DNA of 64,000 nucleotides from Ascidiella aspersa (taxonomy: Eukaryota). The position numbers and the translations under genes were made by a program. Within the stretch, counting starts at the first letter, position 1, and each line of letters starts with the position of its first letter. Below the pieces are notes generated by a model. That model searched no databases. It had not been told where the DNA came from and saw only the letters and a program-made list of their open reading frames with translations. Below are positions 46,601 through 58,366 of the stretch, one piece after another. The stretch spans positions 28,334,001-28,398,000 of the forward strand of contig OZ004607.1 of NCBI GenBank assembly GCA_963924565.1, given 5' to 3'.

Positions 46601-49600
46601 AGTTGAGTTCGTTTGAACGTATTACGTATAGGTATTATATTTATACCTACGTAAAAATATTTACATTGGTGTATATTTCGTGACTGTGAAGAAACAAATC
46701 ATTTAAATTATGGGCCTAATAGACTCTGTTTTATAATACTAATGATTACAAATAAATAAGCTTTTATTGCAAATAATCAATTAAAAAGTTTTTTATCCAG
46801 TGTTCTCCCATTGAGAACCAGTGTGTTAAACAGCTCAAAAACGCCAATACAGTGAATTGCGTTTCTTGTTTGATCAACTTATACCGATTCAGTTCAACGA
46901 CTTATTAAATTTGTGTAAGTTTAACCTTTTTGTACAACTTCAGGTTGTACCAGTCGTTCACTTGAGTGCTGAGATTCCCCCCCCCCCCCCAAAGAATTTT
47001 TTATTAGTATAACATAAGTTATTATCATCGAGAAGGAATGATTAAAGGTATATTTTTTCGTTGCAATAGTCATTTGTTTGAAAGTATAAACAGGTCAGCT
47101 GTTCTGTTCAAAAGGCTGAAGTTAAGAAGTATAACAAAGTATAATTTGCTTCTTCGTTGATTCTAATTTAAGTCACAATGGCCAAGTCTGTGAATACGAG
47201 CAATGCAAAGTATAATTGCACAACAGCTGCTTGCTAACGCATGGTCACCAGAAAATTCATGATTTTTTATGCGGAAGAATAGAGCATAACGCAATTTGTC
47301 AGTCCAGTGGCCATAAGCGACCATGTATATAAAGATTTAATTATTGTTCAACTGTTTATGTATATCTTAAACCACATCCTGTCGTATAAAAGGCGCCCTA
47401 TCATTAGTGTGAAGCGTCAGAATATTTTTCGGCAAATTGTAGGATCTTTGTGTTTTCAAATTCGTCACGGCGGTTTTCTACAGTTTACCAACATGGAACA
47501 GTGAGTAAAACGTTTGACCAACCAGGTTTTACGTCGCTTTTTAGTACAGTAATAACCTATTTATCTCACAAATGTAAAAAACAGTGCAATTTTTGTTTGT
47601 GTTAGGCTTAACTTACATGAACACCATTATCTTGTCAAAGCGCAAATCATTATGTTAATGTCACAAGTTAGGGTTATAGCAAAATAAGCAGCCAACACAG
47701 AGCAGTTTTTTAACCTAAGCAACAATTTCACAAAACTCGTCTTCATAGACATAGCAAATCAAATGGCTTACACAGGGCTGCAATGCTATTGGTTGGTCAC
47801 GCTTAAACCATCTATTCAGTTTGTAAGAAAATACACCGCTCTACCCCTAATTTTACTCACAACTTTTGTTTGGTTTAGAACAGTGGTTCTTGATCTTTTT
47901 AATGTTACTCCTGAGAAATACATGATAAATTTAAATTACGCCCATTTTGAAAAATAGGTTAAAAACATTACAGCTTGCAATCAATTGATAATAAAAACCT
48001 ACACACGCGCAAAAATGATGTCATTTTTTACATCCGAATGTCCATTAATGGTATAATCAACGTAAAGCCTTTTCGAAAGCTCTGAATTTTTCCAACTAAT
48101 TCGATATGACAAGATTTTTACACATTGTGTTTTTTTAAATGGATCGGTCAGCAACACTTGGTAAACCAAGCTTCAGAAAAGTTTCTTTGTAGCTTTGTTT
48201 CTTACAATGATGTCACAAATAGCATGGTCTTAAGCGGAACAAAATACAAACGGCAAGCGCACACAAAATGTATCTATATTCTATACTAGTCTCTGTTTAA
48301 TTTATTATATGGTTAAAAATACTGTATTTTTTGGAATGTAACGGAATTTAATCCGAAAACAATAATCTACATTACCACCAAAAAATGTCAAATTACCCCT
48401 TTGGCGGTAATTACCCACATGTTAACAACCACTGGTTTAGAATAAAGCAAAACTTTATTTTGTTTTGGAAGAAATGATGAGATGAATAAAGTGAATTGAA
48501 CAAAGGCCAGTTTTTAAATATTTAGCTCGGTCTAGTTATCCTACGCATTTCCACTGTGTCGGTTTGTGACTGCATTACGGGTTAAACGGCCCACGTAATT
48601 TTTTTTCCTTCCCGCTGTACGAAATGCATGAAGATTGCGATCGATTGTCGACGCCAGCCTATAGGTGCTGTTACGCGCCCAAGACGGCTTTCAAGGGAGA
48701 ATAGCCAACGGCGAATGTTTAGTGCTCCTTGTAAAACCGGGAATATCCCAATGATTTTTTCACATTTAATTTTCCTAAATTAAAAAATTTAAAAACCATC
48801 TGGTCTCTGTCTCACTTAGAGCGTAATGAATATCGACAGGTTGACAAATGTATTCTACGTATAGAATGTCATTTTATGCAATAACGATTTTTTTATTTAA
48901 TATATCGTTTGCGGATTTAAATCCTTTTTGATGCATCATGGTGTCACCATCGTATTTGTTGCGTGCAACCGTGGGTATATAATTTCGCATATAGGTACGT
49001 TGGTTGGTTGGCATATATCAGCCGCAAAAAGGAAAACGTATAATGAGGTAAATCCGGAGTTGGCTTTTGATTACGGTATAGAATGGTAACCAACCGTTGA
49101 GCCGTTACCAGTGAAACAAAAGAAAACGCCTTATGAGATCCAATTACCACACAAAAACAGTGGGCGCTAGTTTCCTATAAATTCGGCATAAATTAACAAG
49201 TAACTTTTTACAACGGGGCTTACGTATCAACATGTTCTTTAAATGCCGAATACGGGAAATCACACATTTTAGTGGGAATTTTAAGAACCAAGACTTTTAT
49301 ACCGCAAACTAATTGTAATTGTAACGGTGTAATATTTTCATACACTTTACAGTTACACAAGCTATTCTCGAAAACAGCTTTGTCAAACTAGATGGGCATG
49401 AGCCATTTAAAACCAAAAAAAAAACATTTCCAATGTGAGCTGTTGTAAGCGGTTACCAGTGATTTTCAAAGGGAGCCACTTGTATTCCTTAGGGTGAAAT
49501 TTTTAAATTTGGGAGGGAAATTTGTTCCAGGGAGGAATTGGTGAACAAAAATGGATAAAAGAGTACTTATCGGTTATATACAAAAAAAAGCTTATTTAAC

Positions 49601-52600
49601 TGTGATGATTGGTATGGTAAAGAGTCTATTGGGCCCATAATCTAAGTCTATTGTTTCTTCACTGTTACAGTCATTTAAGAAATATACGCCAATCCAGGAA
49701 TGTTTTCGTAGGTATACAATTAATATGTACGTTATAGTATAAACCAGTAGTTCTCAAACTTTTAAAAAAAATTACGCAACGGTCCCCTAACAATTTTTAA
49801 ACTGCTCACGGTCCCCTTAAAATATACACAAATAACTACAAAATAACACGTTATTTTAATGGTATCAATAGGCTCGTTGATACCGTATTTAGTATTGTAA
49901 CGTTAACTCAATCACTTTATTTGAAAGAAGTAATCACGAACAGTTTTAAAACCGTAACCGTACAGCCCAGTGAGCCCAAAGTGGCAGCACAGCAAGCTGT
50001 AAAAACACAAATCTCATTATCACAACGCAACACTATGATGTCGCAATGCACAAACTGAAAGTATGCAATCACGTGAATGAACAACTAATCGTAGCTTGTG
50101 ATGACGAGTGGAATTACGTTAGCGTAATGTCACTTTGCGCGTATGGGTCGAGCCGAAGTTTGGCTTTCCTTCTTTTCTCCCACAAGTAGGCCTATGTACG
50201 GCATAGTTATTATTACTGTGTTTGTTAGGCTTGGTTTGGAAAAGTAAGTTGCCTGAAAATTTTATTGCACAAACATTTTTTTCGTGTTGATTTTTTGTTA
50301 CGTACTTCGCGGTCCCGAAAAATCGCGGACTCCAAAAGGACATCGGACCCCAGTTTGATAACCACATGGTATAAACAAACTCAACTTTCAGACAATTAGC
50401 TCATTAAAATTGTCTTGATGGGCCTATTGCAGTTTTCCATAGTGTTTTTTTAATTTTGTTTCTTTTCCTGTAGGTTTTCCCCGTTTAGATATCAGTCAAA
50501 TTCCAACATTCTAAAAAATGTTGTTGTTTTTTACCAAAAAATGACTTTTTTACCAACAAATGATCTTTACTATTAAACTAAGAAGTGGTAAACTCATAGC
50601 TATCAAACCTAGCATAAACGTTCGAAGAAAAGTCGCCGCTTACCGTGTTTGCCAGGCTGTATATTTCGGCAATTAAAGTCGGCGTCGGAGTAGATCAGCG
50701 CGCCTCCAGGACGATCCATTTGCGGCTCAATCAAGAATGTAACTTCCTTGCGCTTGAAGGTGGAGTTTTTTACGAAGGCGTTGTCGTCGCTGGTAACGGA
50801 GGACGAAGTTATCTTGCCTGCTTCGGGTTTCTCAGCGATACTGGAGATCTCAGAACTATTTCCAATTTGTTTTCCTGCGGTGCCGTTGCTGGTTCCGTTC
50901 GAGTTAGCTGTCGTTTTGGGCGAAGTTGCGTTCGGTTTAGCGAAATGGGAGTGTACCGCTTCACCCATAGAACTGCGAACAAATGCAAAACAAACGTTAT
51001 GTTTGTATTGAGAGTTTTTTAAATAAACCTTTCACTTTGATTTGTGGTCAAGTATAGAGACTATAGTGAATATAATCAGATCGTACCCTGTACCCAATAC
51101 CAGGTTGTTCTATCTACTTGTCTGACACATGTTAGGTATCGGTACCGATCTGATACGAATTTTATTTCAGTTTCAAAACTGTCTTGACTTTGAAAATGAA
51201 CCACACCAAGAAAATAGTGAACACTTTGACAAACGTATAAGTTGGATGAAACATATTAGACATTCCTTGCAGTAAGCGTCTTATATTGTTTACTTGAGGA
51301 GTACTTGTTTAACTATATTATGGCCCTTTAACCGACCGAGTAATGAAAATGTTGAAACGGGTGTTTGTGTTGTCTTTTTCAGACATTTACCGATTAAACT
51401 CTAACCATTTAGGTTTAGGCAGTTGTTTACAGTTAAATGAATCGACTTTTGGAATAAAATAAAATAAAATATCAAAAAATTTTTCCTAATCCGACTCATT
51501 AATTTTGTATGTTTTTATGTAGCTATTGAGTAAACGTATATTAACAGTCAGCATTTATTAAGCATTATTGTTTACTTGCAAAATGTTAAGTTTAATGATT
51601 GGAAATTGTGTAATCCAAAAAAGTGTGCCTGAATTCATAACATTTCCAAAATCACAGTGCGTCCCGTTGTATAATGCTGTTCGCCCAAAAGAAAAATGAA
51701 AACCAGGTTGGCTATTCAACAACCACAACACAGCGCGGTGCAAATCGTATTACACGTGTAGCGTAGTCAAAATACATCGGTCAAGAAACATGCGTCTGTG
51801 CTCTTTTTGGGTGTGCTGATTTCCCGCGTATGACAAAGCCGCAAAAACAGAGCAAATCGGAAAAGCAAGAGATTTGACGACAAATGTGGTTAAACGCGTT
51901 CTTGAACCAGTGGACCTTGAACGCTATTTGAAAAACGGGCTTGACCGCTGCAACATAGAATCCATGTACAAAATGAAGTTATTTAAAGAATAATGTTGCG
52001 GACTTTTATTTATATGAAACGCAAGCCTAGTATTAACATACACAGCATAAATATAAACTATCAATCCATCGTTGATAAGGCGCTGTTTGGTTTGCATCTG
52101 GAAGCCATGCGGTACGGGCGGTCAATGTTTGTCTTTAATGAATATAATAATTCGTTGCTTGTTGACAATCGGAAGAACAGGTCTCGTTGGAAATAGAAAA
52201 TAGCATGTTAACATGGACGACAGGACGTACACATATAGGCGTAATGGGCGCCAGACGATGAATCGATCTACAACAACGTGTGCCATTTTTGTCAAACAGA
52301 TTAAACACAAAATGTATTTCGCACCGTTCGCTAACGCGACGCCAACTTTAAAGCAACATTTGTTTCTCGTTTGATTTACACTTCAAAATAAATGAGCTTA
52401 ACACCAAAAAGTTTAAAAAACGGTAAAAAACAAGGTTCGTTCAGCGACGGAAGCGTAGGCGTTGTGGATAGGCCCTTAGGCTTATAGAACAGGCAAACAA
52501 CTTTTGAATGGGTTATTGAATTTACTTAATTGTGAGCAAATAATTACAAACATTTTGTTAATTTGGCTGCAAATCCCCTTCCCCCTCTCCATCCCGCAAA

Positions 52601-52959
52601 ACTTTAAACTTTGATACAGTTCGGTTACAATTAAATACTTAAACAAACACAAATGCATATTCAAAAAACAAAAAGTTCTTTATTTTTTTGGCCTGTTAAA
52701 AAATGTCGCCAAAACGAAAATTGTACTATCATTTTTCAATAAACAGAATATGCCATTCAGCCAAGGAGCCCACATTCAGGCCTTCGCATACAGGATACGA
52801 GAACAATAGTTTTGCAACACTGTTATAATATTGTACTAACCTTCTGCTGAAGCTGTTGTGGTATTTAGTGAGACTATATTGCCAGACCAGCATCGCTAGG
52901 CCGTGTCCAGCAAGTACCAGCACAATCACCCAAAACACCTTGCCTCGCTTGCAGCGCAT
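40692..52959 (-). CDS. GT31 beta-1,3-galactosyl/GlcNAc-transferase (B3GALT/B3GNT-like), type II Golgi protein, 4 coding exons, ~425 aa
   Basis: Exons 52959-52841 (TM: VFWVIVLVLAGHGLAMLVW), 50972-50644 (Ser/Thr/Asn-rich stem), 45616-45391 (RRKTIRTTWG...IFVLG...EESTKYGDILQ), 41295-40692 (KT, TDDD DxD motif, RNPRNKYYVS..EYP...YPLYCGGGFY, MDDVWITG); phases 2,1,2 consistent. Confidence 0.9.
41322..41666. mobile_element. hAT (Charlie/Buster-like) MITE just upstream of the last GT31 acceptor
   Basis: CAGGGGTTCTTAA ... TTTAAGAACCCTAT; imperfect TSD GCATAGAG/AAATAGAG; GGGGTCCATG-ACCCC subterminal motif shared with copies ending ~55538 and ~59630. Confidence 0.65.
42871..44775. mobile_element. Nested stack of hAT MITEs
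   Basis: Outer CAGGGGGTCGGCAACC...AAGGTTGCTGA element is interrupted by a TAGGGCTACCATA...TATGGTATGCCTA element (43060-44321, exact TSD AAGTTAGT), which contains another element ending GTTAAGAACTGCTG (~43891); a short GGAGTC-type MITE lies at ~44576-44671. Confidence 0.65.
45667..46352. mobile_element. hAT MITE, first of a tandem pair
   Basis: CTGTGGTCGGCAA ... TTGGCCGACCACAAG; TSD TGTTAGAC at 45659-45666 and 46353-46360. Confidence 0.7.
46361..46823. mobile_element. hAT MITE, second of a tandem pair
   Basis: CAGTGGTTTTCAA ... TTGAGAACCAGTG; flanked by TGTTAGAC and TGTTAAAC (46824-46831). Confidence 0.65.
47881..48434. mobile_element. hAT (Charlie/Buster-like) MITE
   Basis: CAGTGGTT...AACCACTG; exact TSD GTTTAGAA. 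Confidence 0.8.
49745..50368. mobile_element. hAT (Charlie/Buster-like) MITE
   Basis: CAGTAGTTCTCAAACT ... AGTTTGATAACCACATG; exact TSD GTATAAAC. Confidence 0.75.
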
Positions 52960-55900
52960 CAAACCGGCTTTAGTTTGACTTCAAATGCAAGTTTTCTATA
53001 AAACAAAAGCCAAGTCAGTTAGTGGGACGAATGTTCAGAAATTTTTTTACTAAAAGTTCAACAGCTTCCCTTAATCCTAAACCAGGGGGGTGTCAAAGAA
53101 AGTTTCATATTTTGCCCATTGGGGACAATTCTCTATGACAAAATTAAACATTGATAGTATTTTACGCCCTGGCGTGTATAGACAAACAAATTTATACCAA
53201 TTTTATTTACTGATACAATTATGTTTAGTCTTTTAGTTATTGTGTAACAGCCAAAAACTCAAATGTGCAGCGAACAAAGAATTGATCAGGTAAATTTCGG
53301 GCGAAACCAATCAAAACAGTAATAGTTTAACACATTTTGTGAAACAAAACAGGACGTTGCGTTTTGGTTGAGACCACTAATGGATGATGCCGTTTCTGGT
53401 TTGTCATTCGACATTACTCACTATACTGAAAATGCTGCGTTGAGTGAAAAAGTGGGCGGATATAGGCGATAGGACAAATCATTGATTAACTTTCCATAAC
53501 ATAGGAATAAAATTCGCGGTAAGATTTTGGTTTTGTGGCTTCAAATATTCGTAACATATTTATTTTTCAGTATATTTAAGTTAGTTTAATAAATCTCGCC
53601 TAAAGATCACAAGTGGTCTGCACAACCATTTCTCGTGCTTTTAAAAATATTGCAATGAAAAAAAACCGTTACCATGGAGTGCGTCGAATTCGGAAAATGC
53701 CAGTGTTTTAAACCGCAAGTTAGTCGTTGCAACAAATTTCAATAAGACCTGCAATTATAAACAAAAAAATATGTTACCTTTTTATACTCAGATCGACACA
53801 AGTATTACTGTTTTTTTTTCGAACTATTTAAAACATTTGGATTATTGAAAATGTTCAAACACCACTGCGTTTTACAATCCGTGTCAATGTCGGTAAGAAC
53901 AAAACAAGTCACTTGTACCCCTTACGTAGACAATGGCGCGCAGTCGTGATCTATCGAGGTAATTTAAGTTCATCTAATTGCTAAACTTACTTCTACCTGC
54001 ATAACTAATGTATGGTACCATTTAAACGCAAACGTCTGGACTAAAAAAATCTGAAACAGACGTCAGAGTTTCGACGCATCGACTGGAACGGAATTTAAAT
54101 ATTTGAACCTGAAGTTATTCTGTTCTCGTTTCTAGTTTCACTTAAATCGTTGTGAACTCTGTTTTACGCAAAAATGACAGCTGGTTTTATGTGCAGCTTT
54201 GGAAGATGTGAAAGACTGCTGCTAATTTGAAACAAGACAGACTGAACCAATGGCACACTATCATAATAAAACAGTATTTTGTTTTCATCATGCTTGGCAC
54301 ATCGAATGGAAATCATTTAGCCTTTTCCTCTTTGGTTCGCAATATTTATCCTATAGGCTTCATGTGCAGTATACGATAAGCCTATTGCGTAGTTCGATGT
54401 TTTGTCAAGCTGTACAGAACAATATATTCACGTGTGAATAAGAGCATGACATCTTCATGCTTAAATTAAGTGGTTTCTAATTGTAAATACGCAGAAAACG
54501 TCCCCTCAGGTAACCAAATGGCTCTAGTTTAGAACAAAAGAAAGAAAAAGATGGCCCCGTCAATAAAGCTCATAAAAGTGCTAAAAGCCAAGGTATACAT
54601 TTAACATTTTTGTCTGTCACAGTTCGGAATTGACTTTAATTTATGCTGACTACACTTGACTGATTAACGCTATATTGTATTATCTCGCCAAGTCAGAAAA
54701 AAAGAAACTGTCACCATTGCATCATGGACTAAATTTCTGTCAAAAGATCTCTTAGAACTAAGAACTGTTAATACTTCACAAGAATCATTTTATGTGATTA
54801 ATGATATCTATGACGCAACAATGTATATTGAAAAGTTCAAAGCAGCGGTTTTTACCTTTTGCTAACCTGTAAAAGCCCTTATGTTATTTTCAAGCTTTCT
54901 TAGAACCCTAACTTTTCGCTCAGTATCCGTTTCTTTCATTAATGCTCGCCTTTAAAACGGTACGGATACAGGATTTTTGTGTGTGGATCATAACAGCTTT
55001 TAGGGATTATCTCACAAGTTAGGTCAAAGGTGACGTCACAAAGCTATAGTTAAAGCACCTGTTGTTTTCTTTTCTGGCGAAAAAATGCATCTGAAACCGG
55101 TATAATGAATTAGTTAAATTTGCAAAACTTTCAATTCAAATGATACGTGACGCCTTACGCAGATTAAATAAATTCGTACTTTGTAGTGTTTGTGAGTCAC
55201 ACGGCGCAACATGCCATAATAGCGCTTATGGAATGAATAGATTTGTTTATGATGGATAAAAATAGTATAAAGGGAAAGTTCCTGCGGAAAACACATAGTT
55301 TGGGAAGAGTCATGGCCCATTTTCAAAAACTAATCGTTATAGTTAGGCTGCGTGGTAATGTTTCAGAGGACATTCGCGTTGAGCCTCGTCGAACCCCAGT
55401 GAACATATTTAGGTCTTGTTTTTTTAATTTGATTACTTCTTAAATATACACTAACATTTTAATTGGGCCTTCGGGGACCCCCTAAAATTAGTTCACAGAC
55501 CCACGAGGGGTCTATGGACCGCAGTTTGAGAACCCCTATTCTAGCATAATGGTACTAAACTAGATAATGCGCAAGCTAGCAACCTATAGCCACTGGATCA
55601 AATACGCGCTATATTGGCGTAACAAATACATTCACATTTGACGCAAGGAAATATAAAACGCATATCACTTAACACTCTTTAAAGTAAAAATTTATACTTG
55701 CATTCAGAAAGTGAAGTTTACAAAGACATTGCATAAGTTTCGAGCGAAGGTGTAGTGTCCCTGGTACACATGGACTATTCCATTGCGTTTGGTCAAAATA
55801 CCCGTGTATATTTGCCGTGGCAACTCTGATATCTATAGGATAATACCAAAAAAATCCAGAACAATAACCCCACGATACTCTGGTTCTGCTCTAAGGGCCA

Positions 55901-57002
55901 GAAAAAAAAATACCTTCACGCTTTCATTTTCATAGATCATTTTCTGACTTATAAAAAATCTTTTATTTATCACCAATTTGAAAAAACGGTTTGCTAAAAA
56001 TTCTTTTATAACGGCTTAGCAAGCGCTGCACACAGTCAGGAAGCAATTGTTCCTATCTATTCAGTAATACACTCTGAACTCTGGACTTCGGACAGATTAT
56101 TCAAAAATACCCTGCTTACCCTGGACAGCGGCCGTATATTATTAAAAATAGAATTGACAGAAGCAGTCCGTATATAAGTTCAAAAGTTCAGTGTTAAATA
56201 GAACTCAATTCACAGCAACAACAACGAGGCAACCTCTTTTAAGTAAAGCTGAAACTCAGTGTGGGTTTATCATAACTTGTGAATTCGGACGTGACGCAAC
56301 CTATAGTCGTCTGCAACTTAATGCATATAACAGGCAGTGATAACCCGGTTCGATGACTGTGGTCGCAATTTCGTCAGAGAATAAAATCATGCCTTGGAGC
56401 TTAAATCACTTCACTTGTCAACCGGCTGTATTAGATTAGCGACGTCGCTTCTCTTTGAAATTAAGGGGACTAAAGTTTAGGATCATATTGCGTTGCAATT
56501 TAAGATAGTGCACGACCGCAAAAATACTATCTTTTTCAAAAGCAAGCATTTTTGCGGTATAATAGCATTAAGGCCAGCGTTTCCCAAGCGGTTAGCCACA
56601 AGCAAACTGGTGAGTCGCGTATAGCTCTTTAAGGTGGGTCGTGAACTTTCAACAAAGCTGTTGAAAATATGCTTTAGGGCAGAGGTCACTAAACTACAAC
56701 CGCAAAGTAAATTCTAACGGCCCGCGACCTATAGGTCCTAAAAAAGGAAGTATAGTTGAAATGTTGGCGCATGCAATTCCAAGCTAAATTTCAATAAAAT
56801 TTAAAACTGAACGACAATTTAATAAAGTTTACTACAGTTTTTGTTGCATTTTCTTAGTAGGCCTATAACCATAATAATCAAGTTAATAGAGTTCAACACA
56901 ATTTTTTATATTCGGTCCGCAATCGCCGACCCTCACAGTTATCTGGCCCTTGTTGGTCACCCTTTCTTTAGGCCTAGGGTTTTAAGGCGCCCAATCTGTA
57001 TA

Positions 57003-58366
57003 AATTTGCGGCTTTTGATTTAAGGTAAGTGACTCAATGGTCATATAACAGCGATATAAATATTGCTCGATATAATGACATTTCTAGTCTAATTTGGAAG
57101 AAATAGTATTTTGTAGTGTTTAAATGAGTTCATATCCAACAATGTGTGCTACAATTATGCATGGTATACTTGAAATGATTTCCCTAACCAGGAAATAACA
57201 CTGAGCAAACAAATGCATATACACAATTAAATTTCGCAAAAGATATAGTTTAGTAGCGGTTGCAAAACAGCTTTATTCAATGCTTTTAGTTGCGATGTGG
57301 AAGGTACTAATACCATTATTTTGGCCTTTTTTCCAATTGTGTTTTATTCTGACGTTGGTCTTGTTCTTATCTCGGTCTTATGGCTGTAGTCCGCTTGTTT
57401 TTATTGTAGCATAACCTGCTTTATTAACGCAGTAAACATGAGCCAACTTTAGGGCATTATGACGTAGTATGAACGGTTAAATTTAACGCCACAAAAAATA
57501 ACGTGAAGTACAACAGTTAAGACACTAATTGTGAAACGAACTGAAAATGTGTGCAACTATTTAGTTAGAAACAACTCACTTAGACCAAACAAGATTATAT
57601 GGTAAACCTACAATAAAAACAACCTTTGGGTCAATCTAAGGCCTCTTTTGATGAACTGATATTTATTAGGTCTAAGCTGCGTAGGCCTACCACGTCGTTG
57701 GTGGTCACCTAGCTCATGTACAGAGAACAATAGAAAATACAAACGCAGGAAACGAAGTTTGCATTTCAGGCTGTCCTATTATTGGCACGAGCTATCTGAT
57801 ATATTGAATATAAAACGAGAAAGGTTCCCGACCACTGCATTAGGGAAAAGGCTCAAATTTGGGTTAAAAACCTTTTAGCGGACCATACTTTAGCAACATA
57901 CAGAGCCGGATCTGTAATTGTTTTGGGAGACGCTATGAATTTGTTTACGCATGACGTCTCAAATTTACGTCATAATGTTCAGTCGTAAAACAATTAGTAA
58001 TAAAAACGCATGCTGTTCTACAGGGAAGAAAATACGCAGATAAACGCGGTCTAATGGAAAAAAATGCCTACATTGGTTTAAATTTGCAGCTTTCAATTGC
58101 AAGTATAAGTGACCCAACGGTCATATAAAGGGGTATAAATATTGCTCGATATAATGGCATTTCTAGTCTATTTAAAAGATATGGTTATGTAGTGTTTCTA
58201 TGAGTTCATATCCAACAATGTGTGCTATAATTATGCACGGTATACTTGGGCTGAAATGATTTCCCTAACCACAAAAAAACACTGAGCAAACAAATGCATA
58301 TCCACAATTAAATTTCGCAAAAGATATAGTTTAGAAGCGGTGGCAAAACAGCTTTATTCAATGCTT
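57003..58366 (+). repeat. ~280-bp direct repeat (57003-57285 and 58081-58366)
   Basis: Long shared blocks, e.g. TATAAATATTGCTCGATATAATG, TGAGTTCATATCCAACAATGTGTGCTA, CACAATTAAATTTCGCAAAAGATATAGTTTAG, AAAACAGCTTTATTCAATGCTT. Confidence 0.9.

Noticed and set aside
6649-52959. Non-canonical or minor-spliceosome introns
   Set aside because: All introns used in the gene models could be assigned ordinary GT-AG boundaries with consistent phases.
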